A DNA stretch of 64,000 bases from an uncultured Chloroflexia bacterium (GTDB lineage Bacteria; Chloroflexota; Limnocylindria; Limnocylindrales; CSP1-4): contig CAWFXA010000003.1 in assembly GCA_963819655.1 (NCBI GenBank), positions 608,001 through 672,000 of the forward strand, read 5' to 3'. The notes under the pieces were generated by a model that searched no databases, was not told the origin of the DNA, and saw nothing but the letters and a program-made list of their open reading frames with translations. The position numbers were made by a program, and so were the translations under genes. This document shows, one piece after another, positions 47,799 to 56,220 of the stretch. Positions within the stretch are counted from its first letter, which is position 1. The number at the start of each line of letters is the position of its first letter.

Positions 47799-48915
47799 CC
47801 ACGCGATCCTGGAACGTCGTCTCCGTGCGGTGCGACGCGCCGTCCTCGATGGAGGCGTACGCCTTCACGATCACGTCGAGGACATGGCGGGCGTGCTCGG
47901 CCGTCAGGACCGGGTCGGCCCTCCCGCGCAGGCAGTCGACGAAATGGCGGACGCCGGTCTCGACGACTTCGTGATCGTCCGTCGGGACCTCGACGTCGTC
48001 TCGCCAGCCCTCCAGCGCCGACGGCGAGTCGTCGTCGACGTAGATGCTGACAGGCGCGTGGCGGTCGTGCGACTGGCCGCCGAAGCTGATCGTCGCCTTG
48101 GTGAGGTGCACTTCGAGCCACGGAGCCCGGGTGCTCGCCGTCCCGAAGCTCGCAAGGAGCTGCCCGAGCGCGCCGTTCGCGAACTCCAGGTTGATCAGAA
48201 CGTGGTCCGGGGTCGTGACCGCGATCTCCTCGCCGGTCAACGGCCCGCCGCGGACGATCCGCGTCGGCGCGCCGACGCCGCCCATCGCCTGCACACGGGC
48301 GACGGGACCGAGCAGAGCCGTCATCGCGTGGAGTCGATAGACCCCGTGGTCGATGACCGGGCCGACACCAGGCCCGTAGAAGGGCCGCGGGTCGCCGGTG
48401 TACTCGCGCCAGGCCGCCGGCCCCGGATCGGCGTGGTGAGCGACGACCAGGGTCGCGGGCCCGTATCGCCGCGAGTCGACGAGGTCCCTCAGCCACTGGA
48501 CACGCCGCGTCGCCGCGACGCCCGGGGCGCACAGGAACGTGAGGCCGCGGTCGGTGGCCGTCGCGATGAGCCGGTCTGCCTCCGCGACGGTACTGGCGAT
48601 CGGCTTCTCCGAGTAGAGGTTCAGCCCCGCGTCCAGGATCGCCTGGTTGACCGTCGCATGCCGGGGTGCCGGCGCGAGGTCGATCACCGCATCAAGCCCG
48701 CCCGCCCCGAGCATCGCATCGAGATCATCGAACGCGGCGGCGCCCGGCGACCATCCGGCGATCGCCTGCGCCCTGCCACGTGCCGCGTCGAGCCGGACGT
48801 CCATGAGCGCGGCGACCCGGACGTCGCCGGCCATGTCGGCGAGCGCCGGCAGGTAATGGCGTGCGGCGACATCGCCGCAGCCGACGATGCCGATCCTCAA
48901 CCGGTCTGTAGCCAC
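47749..48915 (-). CDS. Gfo/Idh/MocA family oxidoreductase
   Basis: IGIVGCG, SEKPIA, DHGVY. Confidence 0.9.
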   Translation of the reverse strand: MATDRLRIGIVGCGDVAARHYLPALADMAGDVRVAALMDVRLDAARGRAQAIAGWSPGAAAFDDLDAMLGAGGLDAVIDLAPAPRHATVNQAILDAGLNLYSEKPIASTVAEADRLIATATDRGLTFLCAPGVAATRRVQWLRDLVDSRRYGPATLVVAHHADPGPAAWREYTGDPRPFYGPGVGPVIDHGVYRLHAMTALLGPVARVQAMGGVGAPTRIVRGGPLTGEEIAVTTPDHVLINLEFANGALGQLLASFGTASTRAPWLEVHLTKATISFGGQSHDRHAPVSIYVDDDSPSALEGWRDDVEVPTDDHEVVETGVRHFVDCLRGRADPVLTAEHARHVLDVIVKAYASIEDGASHRTETTFQDRVVTTARVATPRQLRACP

Positions 48916-48954
48916 CCGCCGATAGTAGTCAGCGACGGGTGGCGCCGCTGAGCG

Positions 48955-50286
48955 CTAGGCCGCGTACACGTCCCGCGGCGTCACCACGTCGGGTACGCCC
49001 ACTTCGATCGGGTTGTTGGCGGGATCCTGGCTCCACTCGAACCAGCCGCCGTCGTACACCGCGATGCGTGGCCAGTCCTGGAGAAAGGCGTAGAACCACG
49101 TCTCGCTGGCCCGCCAGCCGGTGCCGCAATAGAACGCGACCCACTTGTCCGGCACGATCCCCGCTTCGGCCCAGTTGGCCGTGATCTCGGGATAGGCGCG
49201 CATCGTGTTGTCGACGTTCCGGTAGTGCTGCATGTGGTAGGCGTCCGTGCCGCAGTTGCCCCACACGTCACCCTTGATCCGGCCGGCCGGGCCGATGTAG
49301 TTGTAGCCACTGACGTTGCCGATGTGCTCGCGCCATGTGCGGACGCTGACCAGAGCCGCGCCGTCGGTGTCGGCGATGATCTCCTTGGCCTCGTCGATGT
49401 CGACGATGACCTCCGGACGGACCGGGATGACCGCGCCGAAGTCGGTGACCGGCGACGGCTCGCGCAGGACCGTCTCGACCGGGTTGCCGGCGCGGACCCA
49501 CCAGTCGTACCCGCCGTCGAGCAGTCGGACGTCCTCGACGCCTGCGTAGGTCAGGATCATCAGCGCCCGGGTGGCAGCGATCTGGCCCGCCCGACGACCG
49601 GGCCATTTCTCGTTGGCCTGCCCCTCCGTGTCACGCCCGTACACGACGACGGTCGTGTCCTTGGTGATGCCGAGCCCGCGGATCGCCGCATCGAGGACGT
49701 CGGGAGACCGCCGGTTCCAGTCGGCGGGGTCTTCGAGCACATTCGTGTCCAGGTACAGGGCACCGGGGATGTGCGCCTCGGCGTACTCCTCGGGAACCCC
49801 GAAGTTGACGTGGAACAACAGGAAGTCGCCCCTCGGCGCGGCCTCCGGGCGCTCGCCGGCGAGGACCTGGCGCAGCCAGTCGATGTGCACGAGCCGGTCG
49901 TACTTCGGGAGCCGCTCGACCGGCAACTCCGGGTCGGCCGCCCAGGCCGCGAACCCGTCGGCGTAGATCCGAGCCGCCGGGATGCCGAGCGACTCGAGCC
50001 TGGTGACAAGGGCCGAGGCGTCGTCGGGCCCGTTGCCGTAGACCACCACATCGCGGTCGGCGGTCACACCCTTGCCGGCAAGCAGGCGGGCGATCTCAGG
50101 CTCGTCGACCGTTCGGAGCCAGTCGATCGGGAACCCGACTGCTCCCGGGATGTGGCCGCCGCGAAGTTCGCCGTTCAGGCGCCACCCGTTATAGGCGGTC
50201 AGCGATCGGACGTCGACGACCGTCACGGACGGATCGGCGAGTCGATCGCGGAGTTCGGCGGTGCTGATCGTGGCGGTTGTCGTCAT
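48955..50286 (-). CDS. Three-domain rhodanese sulfurtransferase (YnjE-like)
   Basis: GGHIPGA, AHIPGA, LLDGG, active loop FYCGTGWRAS, YDGGWFEWS. Confidence 0.9.
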   Translation of the reverse strand: MTTTATISTAELRDRLADPSVTVVDVRSLTAYNGWRLNGELRGGHIPGAVGFPIDWLRTVDEPEIARLLAGKGVTADRDVVVYGNGPDDASALVTRLESLGIPAARIYADGFAAWAADPELPVERLPKYDRLVHIDWLRQVLAGERPEAAPRGDFLLFHVNFGVPEEYAEAHIPGALYLDTNVLEDPADWNRRSPDVLDAAIRGLGITKDTTVVVYGRDTEGQANEKWPGRRAGQIAATRALMILTYAGVEDVRLLDGGYDWWVRAGNPVETVLREPSPVTDFGAVIPVRPEVIVDIDEAKEIIADTDGAALVSVRTWREHIGNVSGYNYIGPAGRIKGDVWGNCGTDAYHMQHYRNVDNTMRAYPEITANWAEAGIVPDKWVAFYCGTGWRASETWFYAFLQDWPRIAVYDGGWFEWSQDPANNPIEVGVPDVVTPRDVYAA

Positions 50287-50315
50287 CGGGATCGTCCCCT
50301 CGTGGTGGGTCGGGA

Positions 50316-50344
50316 TAACAAGAAACCCCTGCGCCTGCAGGGGT
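50316..50344 (-). terminator. Intrinsic terminator in the sulfurtransferase leader (attenuator)
   Basis: Minus strand ACCCCTGC-AGGC-GCAGGGGT followed by TTCTTGTTA, 30 nt upstream of the start codon. Confidence 0.8.
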
Positions 50345-50386
50345 CCGGGGTGAGGGCCGGCGTGCGGGTCTACGTCGAACGCACGC

Positions 50387-50452
50387 CTAGCGACACCACC
50401 TGCCCTGCTCGGCAGCGGCATGACACATGCAGTGGTGGTGCGTGCGGGTCAT
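50387..50452 (-). CDS. Cys/His-rich leader peptide MTRTHHHCMCHAAAEQGRWCR (21 aa)
   Basis: ATG ACC CGC ACG CAC CAC CAC TGC ATG TGT CAT ... TGG TGT CGC TAG, placed between the promoter and the terminator. Confidence 0.7.
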   Translation of the reverse strand: MTRTHHHCMCHAAAEQGRWCR

Positions 50453-50460
50453 CGCGGCGC

Positions 50461-50489
50461 ATTGTCCACTAATCGACTAGGGATTGCAA
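50461..50489 (-). promoter_or_regulatory. Sigma70-type promoter for the leaderless leader peptide, with a palindromic spacer
   Basis: TTGCAA-17 nt-GACAAT, 8 nt before the ATG; spacer contains the near-palindrome CTAGTCGATTAG. Confidence 0.55.
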
Positions 50490-50534
50490 GGCCTGGCAAC
50501 GAACGCAGCCACGGGCTGGGAACGAGGCCTGGCC

Positions 50535-51731
50535 TCACGCCTGCGTGGTCTCGGGCGCATCCCGATTGACCCCGCGTCGCAGGCGAGCGGGCGACAGCGG
50601 CAGACACGACACGACGAGGACCACGGCGATGGCGACGAGCATCCAGAGGCTTGCGCCGAAATCCCCCGTCAGGTCTCGAGCGGCGCCGAGGATGACCGGG
50701 CCGCTCGACGACACGATGTAGCCGCCGAGCAGCATCAGGGCCGCGACCGATCCCACGCGCGCGGGATCGTCGGCGACGTCCAGCGGCAGCGTCAGCACCA
50801 GCGGGAATACCGCGCCGAGCGACAGACCGAGGACCACCATCCACGCGAACGCGAGCTCCGGCGCCACGATGATCCCGACCAGCCCACCGACCGCGATCGC
50901 CGACGACACGAGGAGCTGCGGCCGGCGCGGTCCGAGCCGATCCGCGATGAGCGGGACACCGATGGTGGTGATCAGGCCGATGCCGTTGAACACGCCGATC
51001 AACGCACCGGCATCGGTCGTGTTCCAGCCGCGCTCAACGAATGCATTCGGCAACCAGGACACGATCCCGTAGAAGAGCACCGACTGCAGGCCGAAGACTG
51101 CGACCAGCAGCCACGCCGTCGCGTCCCCCCACGGCAGCCGCCGAGCGGTGGTCGCCCTGTCGGCGGGGCGCCGATCGAGTCCGCCCAGGACGACCCAGGC
51201 GACCACGGAGAGGATCGACAGAGTCGAGATGACCAGGAGGGCCTGGCGCCAGTCGTCCCCGGCGGCCAGCGGCACGGCGAACCCGGCGGCCAGCGTCGAG
51301 CCGGCGACGATGCCGCCGGCATAGGCGCCGGTGCCGAGGGCCGGACGGTCGGGCATGCGTCGCGACACGATCATCGAGGGGATCGCCCCGGCCGTCCCGA
51401 TCCCGATGCCGATGCCGAGCGTCGCGAGGAGCACGAGCGGCACCGTCGGAGCGAACGCCCGGGCGAGCCCGAAGGCGACGATCGCCACGAGGCAGGCCGC
51501 GAAGGCCACGCCGGATCCGAAGCGCGCGGCCAGACGCGGACCCACGGGTGCGAACAGACCCATGCACAGGACCGGGATGGTGGTGAGCAGACCGGCGATG
51601 CCCGCCGACAGCCCGAGATCCTCGCGGATGAGTGGCAGCAGCGGCCCGATCGCGAGGATCTGCGGTCGCATCGCCAGCGACGCCACGAACAGGCCGGCGA
51701 TGACGCCCAGCGGGATCGCGGCGCGACTCAC
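50535..51731 (-). CDS. MFS transporter, CynX/NimT-like
   Basis: AMRPQILAIGPLL, LLTTIPVLCMG, FGLQSVLFY, VSWLP; about 12 TM. Confidence 0.85.
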   Translation of the reverse strand: MSRAAIPLGVIAGLFVASLAMRPQILAIGPLLPLIREDLGLSAGIAGLLTTIPVLCMGLFAPVGPRLAARFGSGVAFAACLVAIVAFGLARAFAPTVPLVLLATLGIGIGIGTAGAIPSMIVSRRMPDRPALGTGAYAGGIVAGSTLAAGFAVPLAAGDDWRQALLVISTLSILSVVAWVVLGGLDRRPADRATTARRLPWGDATAWLLVAVFGLQSVLFYGIVSWLPNAFVERGWNTTDAGALIGVFNGIGLITTIGVPLIADRLGPRRPQLLVSSAIAVGGLVGIIVAPELAFAWMVVLGLSLGAVFPLVLTLPLDVADDPARVGSVAALMLLGGYIVSSSGPVILGAARDLTGDFGASLWMLVAIAVVLVVSCLPLSPARLRRGVNRDAPETTQA

Positions 51732-51902
51732 GGCTTCGTGCCGTCCCCTCGGCCCGGCGGGCACGCACCGATATGGGGCCGGGAATCGGGCATCCGCGAA
51801 CTCTAGCCGACCGGCGGCGCCTGCCCGGCCCGATCACGCGTACCTAGGAACGGCGCCGCTACTACCTTGGCACCGCCAGTTCGTGCGTGCATACTCCTCG
51901 GT

Positions 51903-52337
51903 ATGGCACGTCCTCGTACGACCGCCGGCCTCCGCGTCGGCCAGGCCGCGGAGATGCTCCAGGTGTCCGTTGACACTCTGCGGCGCTGGGAGGCCGACGG
52001 GCGGCTGCGGGTCGACCGATCGGCGGGTGGGCAACGAGTGATCGCCATCGAGGAAGTCAGCCGGCTGCTCACCGAGCGACGGGTGAGCGGATCGGACCGG
52101 CCCATCGTGGCGCAGTCCGCGCGCAACCGTTTCCATGGCATCGTCACGCGCGTCGAGAAGGATCGCGTGGCTGCCGTGGTCGAAGTGATGGCCGGACCCC
52201 ACCGCCTGGTGAGCCTGATGACGGCCGAGGCCGTCGATGAACTGCGCCTGAAGGTAGGCGACGAGGCCGTGTGTGTGGTCAAGGCGACCAATGTCATCGT
52301 CGAGATGCCGGCCGGCGGTCGTGGTGGTGGCGGATGA
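51903..52337 (+). CDS. MerR-like HTH plus TOBE molybdate-binding regulator
   Basis: VSVDTLRRW, SARNRFHG, VVKATNV; CATACT-N7-ATG. Confidence 0.9.
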   Translation: MARPRTTAGLRVGQAAEMLQVSVDTLRRWEADGRLRVDRSAGGQRVIAIEEVSRLLTERRVSGSDRPIVAQSARNRFHGIVTRVEKDRVAAVVEVMAGPHRLVSLMTAEAVDELRLKVGDEAVCVVKATNVIVEMPAGGRGGGG

Positions 52338-53157
52338 CCCTGGTCGCGCCGGCGGCGTGATCGGGCGCCGTGCCGTGCTCGGCGCGGCCCTCCTGTTCGC
52401 GCTGTTCCTTGGCCTGCCGATCCTCGTCCTGGTCGGGCGGGCCGTCGTCGGTGGCTCGCTTGCGCAGTCACTCGGCACGCCCGCCGTGCTCGATGCGATC
52501 GCGCTGAGCCTCGTCACGACGTCGGCCTCGCTCGCGATCACGGTCGCGTTCGGGTTGCCGCTGGCCTACGTCCTGGCGCGTCGGACGTTCCCGGGCAAGC
52601 GTCTTGCCGAGATCGTCATCGACCTGCCGATCGTGCTGCCGCCGGCGGTCGCCGGGCTCGGACTGTTGCTGGTCTTCGGCAACCGCGGGCTGCTTGGAGG
52701 CCCATTGAACGCGCTGGGATTGAGCATCCCGTTCACGACGGCCGCGGTCATCCTCGCCCAGACATTCGTGTCGGCACCGTTCTTCGTCCGCTCTGCGCGC
52801 ACGGGCATCGCCGGCGTCGACCGTCACCTTGAGGACGCTGCGCGAGTCGATGGGGCTTCGGAATCCCATCTGTTCCGGACCATCACCGCCCCGCTCGCGA
52901 GCTCCGCACTGGCCGCCGGGTTGGTGATGAGCTGGGCGCGGGCGCTCGGTGAGTTCGGCGCGACGATCATGTTCGCGGGCAATGTGGCAGGACGGACCCA
53001 GACCCTACCGCTTGTGGTCTACGCCGAGTTCGGGGCGGGTGACCTCGATGCGTCGATCGCGGCCGCCGGCGTGCTGGTGCTGGCAGCCTTCGGCGTGCTC
53101 GCCGCTGTCCGTGTGTTCCACTGGGGCCGGGCGCTGGACACCCGGGGACTCGCCTGA
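52327..53157 (+). CDS. modB: Molybdate ABC transporter permease
   Basis: DLPIVLPPAVAG, LEDAARVDGA (EAA loop), WARALGEFGAT, TQTLPL. Confidence 0.9.
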   Translation: MADDPGRAGGVIGRRAVLGAALLFALFLGLPILVLVGRAVVGGSLAQSLGTPAVLDAIALSLVTTSASLAITVAFGLPLAYVLARRTFPGKRLAEIVIDLPIVLPPAVAGLGLLLVFGNRGLLGGPLNALGLSIPFTTAAVILAQTFVSAPFFVRSARTGIAGVDRHLEDAARVDGASESHLFRTITAPLASSALAAGLVMSWARALGEFGATIMFAGNVAGRTQTLPLVVYAEFGAGDLDASIAAAGVLVLAAFGVLAAVRVFHWGRALDTRGLA

Positions 53158-53164
53158 ATCGAGG

Positions 53165-54173
53165 TCAGCCTTCGGGACTTCCCAGCGGCGTGGTCTGCAC
53201 CAGATGCGCCGGCGCGTTGTGGACGGCAGGGATGCTGCCCAACCGGCCGGCCTGGTAGTCGGCGACAGCCTGCATTACCTCCTCGCGCGTGTTCATGACG
53301 AATGGCCCGAGCCAGGCCACGGGCTCGCGGATCGGGCGACCGCCCAGGACCAGGACGTCCATCGACGGACTGCGACTCTCCTGCTGGCGCGCTGCCTCGA
53401 TCGTGATGGTGTCACCCGGCCCGAAAACGACCAGCTGACCCGTCTCGATCGGCCGGCCCTCGGCTCCGACCGAGCCCTGACCGTTCATCACGTAGACGAG
53501 CGCGTTGTAATCGGGCCGCCACGGCAGCCGGAGGCGTGCGCCGGGACCCAGCGTGGCGTGGACCAGGGTCATGGGGCTGTACGTCGAGCCCGGGCCGGCC
53601 TGACCCGCGACGTCTCCCGCGATCACGCGGACCAGTGCCCCGCCGTCGGGGGACGAGAGGAGCGACACCTCGCTCGCGCGGATGTCCTGGTAGCGCGGGG
53701 CAGCCCACTTTCTGGAGAGCCGGCAGGTTGACCCACAGCTGGAAACCGTGGAACAGGCCCCCGCTGGCCACGAGGGCGTCGGGAGGCCGCTCGATGTGGA
53801 GGATGCCCGAGCCGGCCGTCATCCACTGCGTATCGCCGTTGGTGATGACGCCACCCCCGCCGTTCGAGTCGCTGTGCTCGAAGACGCCGTCGATCATGTA
53901 CGTGACGGTCTCGAAACCGCGGTGTGGATGCCACGGCGTGCCCTTGGCCTCGCCGGGCGCGTATTGCACCTCGCCCATCTGATCGAGATGGATGAATGGA
54001 TCCAGGTCCTCGAGCGCGACGCCGGCGAATGCCCGCCGAACGGGGAAGCCCTCCCCTTCCACGCCGTGCGGGGCGTTCGACACGCCGCGGACCGGGCGCT
54101 CACGCGCGATGGCGAGATCCGGTTCAAGGATGCGCGGGAGGACGGACAGATCTTCGACGACGACTGCGGGCAT
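53165..54173 (-). pseudogene. Pirin family protein split by a +1 frameshift near 53710 (probably a homopolymer sequencing indel)
   Basis: DPFIHLD, HPHRGFETVTY, WMTAGSGILHIE, QLWVNLP, then in another frame APRYQDI...GPFVMNT. Confidence 0.85.
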
Positions 54174-54202
54174 GCGAGCTGGACTCCTTCGGTTGTGCCG
54201 AC

Positions 54203-54235
54203 ACGCTACCCGCAGGTAGTTGCGTTGTCAACCAC
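54203..54235 (-). promoter_or_regulatory. Sigma70 promoter of pirin with a palindromic operator over the -35
   Basis: TTGACA-17 nt-TAGCGT; GTAGTTG-N6-CAACCAC; GAAGGAG RBS downstream. Confidence 0.7.
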
Positions 54236-54249
54236 TGGCGCGATGCGCC

Positions 54250-56106
54250 CTATGCTGTGGCGGGCTGGTCGACCGACACCCACGCTCGATCCAGCGCCAG
54301 GTGGATGACCGTCGAGCGCTCTTCTGCGAGGGCCTGCCGCAGGGCGGGCTCGACGTCGGCGTCCCGGTCGATGCGGACACCGCGAGCGCCGAGACCCCGG
54401 GCGATCGCCGCGAAGTCGATCGTGCCGAGCTCCGTTGCGATCGCCAGCCCCGCCCCGCGCCTCGACTGCCACATCCGGATCGTCCCGTATTGCTCGTTGT
54501 CGAACACGAGGACGATGATGCGGGCACCCTCGCGCGTCGCCGTCTCCAGCTCGGCCATGGTCATCGCCATCCCGCCATCGCCCGCCAGCGCCACGACTGG
54601 CCGATCACGGTGGACGAGAGCCGCCGCGATCGCGGCGGGCACCGCGTAACCCATGGCCCCGGACGTCGGCCCGATGAAAGTCCCGGGTCGACGGAACCGG
54701 AAGCCGCGACCGGCCCAGCCGGCGAAGTTGCCAGCGTCCGTGGTGAGGATCGCGTCGTCGGGGAGGACGTGCCGCAGGGTCGTGATCACCCGTCCAGGAT
54801 GGACACCTGGGCCCGTCCAGTCGTCGGCATTCGCGTCGACCGTGGCGGCCTCTTCCCAGGCGGCCCGGTCCGTCACGTTGTTGGCCTGCCGGCGCCGGAC
54901 AAGGTCGGCATCGAGCACCGCCTTGCCGACCAGCCGATCGTTGGCCGCGCGCAGGAACGTGCGGGCGTCGGCGGCGACCGTGATGTCCGCGGGGCGTGGA
55001 CCGGACGAACGATGTGGCTCGATGTCGACGTGGGCCCAGCGCGTCGCGACCGCCGGGATCGTGTCATCCCATGACGTCGGCTCGCTCAACCGGCAGCCGA
55101 TGACGAGCATCGCGTCGGCCGTGGCAAGCCGCTCGCGGATCGTCGGTGCGGCACCCAACCCGGCCATCCCGAGATACAGCTCGTGGTCGTTGGAGATCAC
55201 GTCGGCGCGTCGCCACGAGGCGACGATCGGCACCTGGAGAAGCTCGGCGAAGCGCAGGAGGTCGGTCGAGGTGCGCGCCCGGAGGATGCCGCCGCCGGCG
55301 AGGATGACCGGTCGTTCAGCGGACGCGAGGAGCTCGATGACTGCTCGGATGTCGCCATCGGACGGACGTCCGCCGGTGGGGCGCTCCGCGACGACGCGCG
55401 CGTCCTCAGGGACCGGCTCGTCGAGCAGGTCCTCCGGCAGTGACAGGAGCACAGGGCCCGGGCGGCCGCCCGAGACCTGGCGCAGGGCCTCGCCGAGGAT
55501 GGTGGCGACATCGGCGGCGTCCGTCGGCTCTGCGGCCCATTTCGCGAGCCCGCCTATGGTGCCGACCTGATCGATCTCCTGGAATGCCTCGTGACCTCGG
55601 TGCGCCCGCTCGACCTGCCCCACGAGCGCGAACATCGGGGTCGAGTCCTGGCGTGCCGTGTGGATGCCGATCGCGAGGTTGGCCGCGCCGACCGCGCGGG
55701 TCCCGATGCATGCCGCCGGTCGACCGGTCAGGTTCCCGTGGGCCTCAGCCATGAACGCCGCTCCGCCCTCGTGGCGGGTGGCGACGACCCGGATCCCCAC
55801 CTCGTCCAGGGCCTCGAGCAGACCCAGGAAGGACTCGCCCGGCACCGTGAACGCGTAGCGCACCCCGGCCATCCGGAGCGCATCCGCCACGAGCCTGGCG
55901 ACCGTGCGCGGTCCCGTCGGCTCGGCGGGTGAGGCATCGGCCTCGGCCGGAGCCTCGTCTGCGGGCAAGGTCTCGATCTCGGCTACGGGTGGGCTCTCGG
56001 TCTCGGCGGCGGTCTCGGGCGGGCTCTCAGTCTCGGCCGCGGGCTCGATGTCCGAGCTGACGGCCGCCTCGTCCTCGGCCGCCGTTCGCGCGACGTCGTC
56101 GGTCAT
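54250..56106 (-). CDS. Thiamine pyrophosphate-dependent enzyme (acetolactate synthase large-subunit-like)
   Basis: FTVPGESF, RHEGGAAFMA, FQEID, GRPGPV, SGAMGY, GDGG...N TPP motif; acidic N-terminal extension. Confidence 0.9.
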   Translation of the reverse strand: MTDDVARTAAEDEAAVSSDIEPAAETESPPETAAETESPPVAEIETLPADEAPAEADASPAEPTGPRTVARLVADALRMAGVRYAFTVPGESFLGLLEALDEVGIRVVATRHEGGAAFMAEAHGNLTGRPAACIGTRAVGAANLAIGIHTARQDSTPMFALVGQVERAHRGHEAFQEIDQVGTIGGLAKWAAEPTDAADVATILGEALRQVSGGRPGPVLLSLPEDLLDEPVPEDARVVAERPTGGRPSDGDIRAVIELLASAERPVILAGGGILRARTSTDLLRFAELLQVPIVASWRRADVISNDHELYLGMAGLGAAPTIRERLATADAMLVIGCRLSEPTSWDDTIPAVATRWAHVDIEPHRSSGPRPADITVAADARTFLRAANDRLVGKAVLDADLVRRRQANNVTDRAAWEEAATVDANADDWTGPGVHPGRVITTLRHVLPDDAILTTDAGNFAGWAGRGFRFRRPGTFIGPTSGAMGYAVPAAIAAALVHRDRPVVALAGDGGMAMTMAELETATREGARIIVLVFDNEQYGTIRMWQSRRGAGLAIATELGTIDFAAIARGLGARGVRIDRDADVEPALRQALAEERSTVIHLALDRAWVSVDQPATA

Positions 56107-56210
56107 CAGAACGCGAGCGGGTACGCCACGGTCGACAGCACGAGCCCGAGCACGATGATGACGATCACCGCGATCATGACGGCCTTCGCGAAACGCGATC
56201 CAGGCAGCAA
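56106..56210 (-). CDS. Unannotated 34-aa single-pass membrane protein
   Basis: TTG-start (M)LPGSRFAKAVMIAVIVIIVLGLVLSTVAYPLAF; fills the yajQ-TPP gap, TGATG coupling. Confidence 0.6.
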   Translation of the reverse strand: MLPGSRFAKAVMIAVIVIIVLGLVLSTVAYPLAF

Positions 56211-56220
56211 CGTCCAACCC

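Noticed and set aside
50290-50460. SAM riboswitch or T-box upstream of the sulfurtransferase
   Set aside because: No SAM-I core (ATC..GAG, GCAACC, GTGC..A) or T-box (AAGGTGGTACC-like) consensus is recognisable; the leader peptide explains the structure.
50370-50462. Alternative 30-aa leader ORF MRRDDPHAPPLHVSCRCRAG...
   Set aside because: Its ATG overlaps the predicted -10 hexamer, so it would not be in the transcript; the 50452 ORF fits leaderless spacing and has more Cys. Not excluded if the TSS is further upstream.
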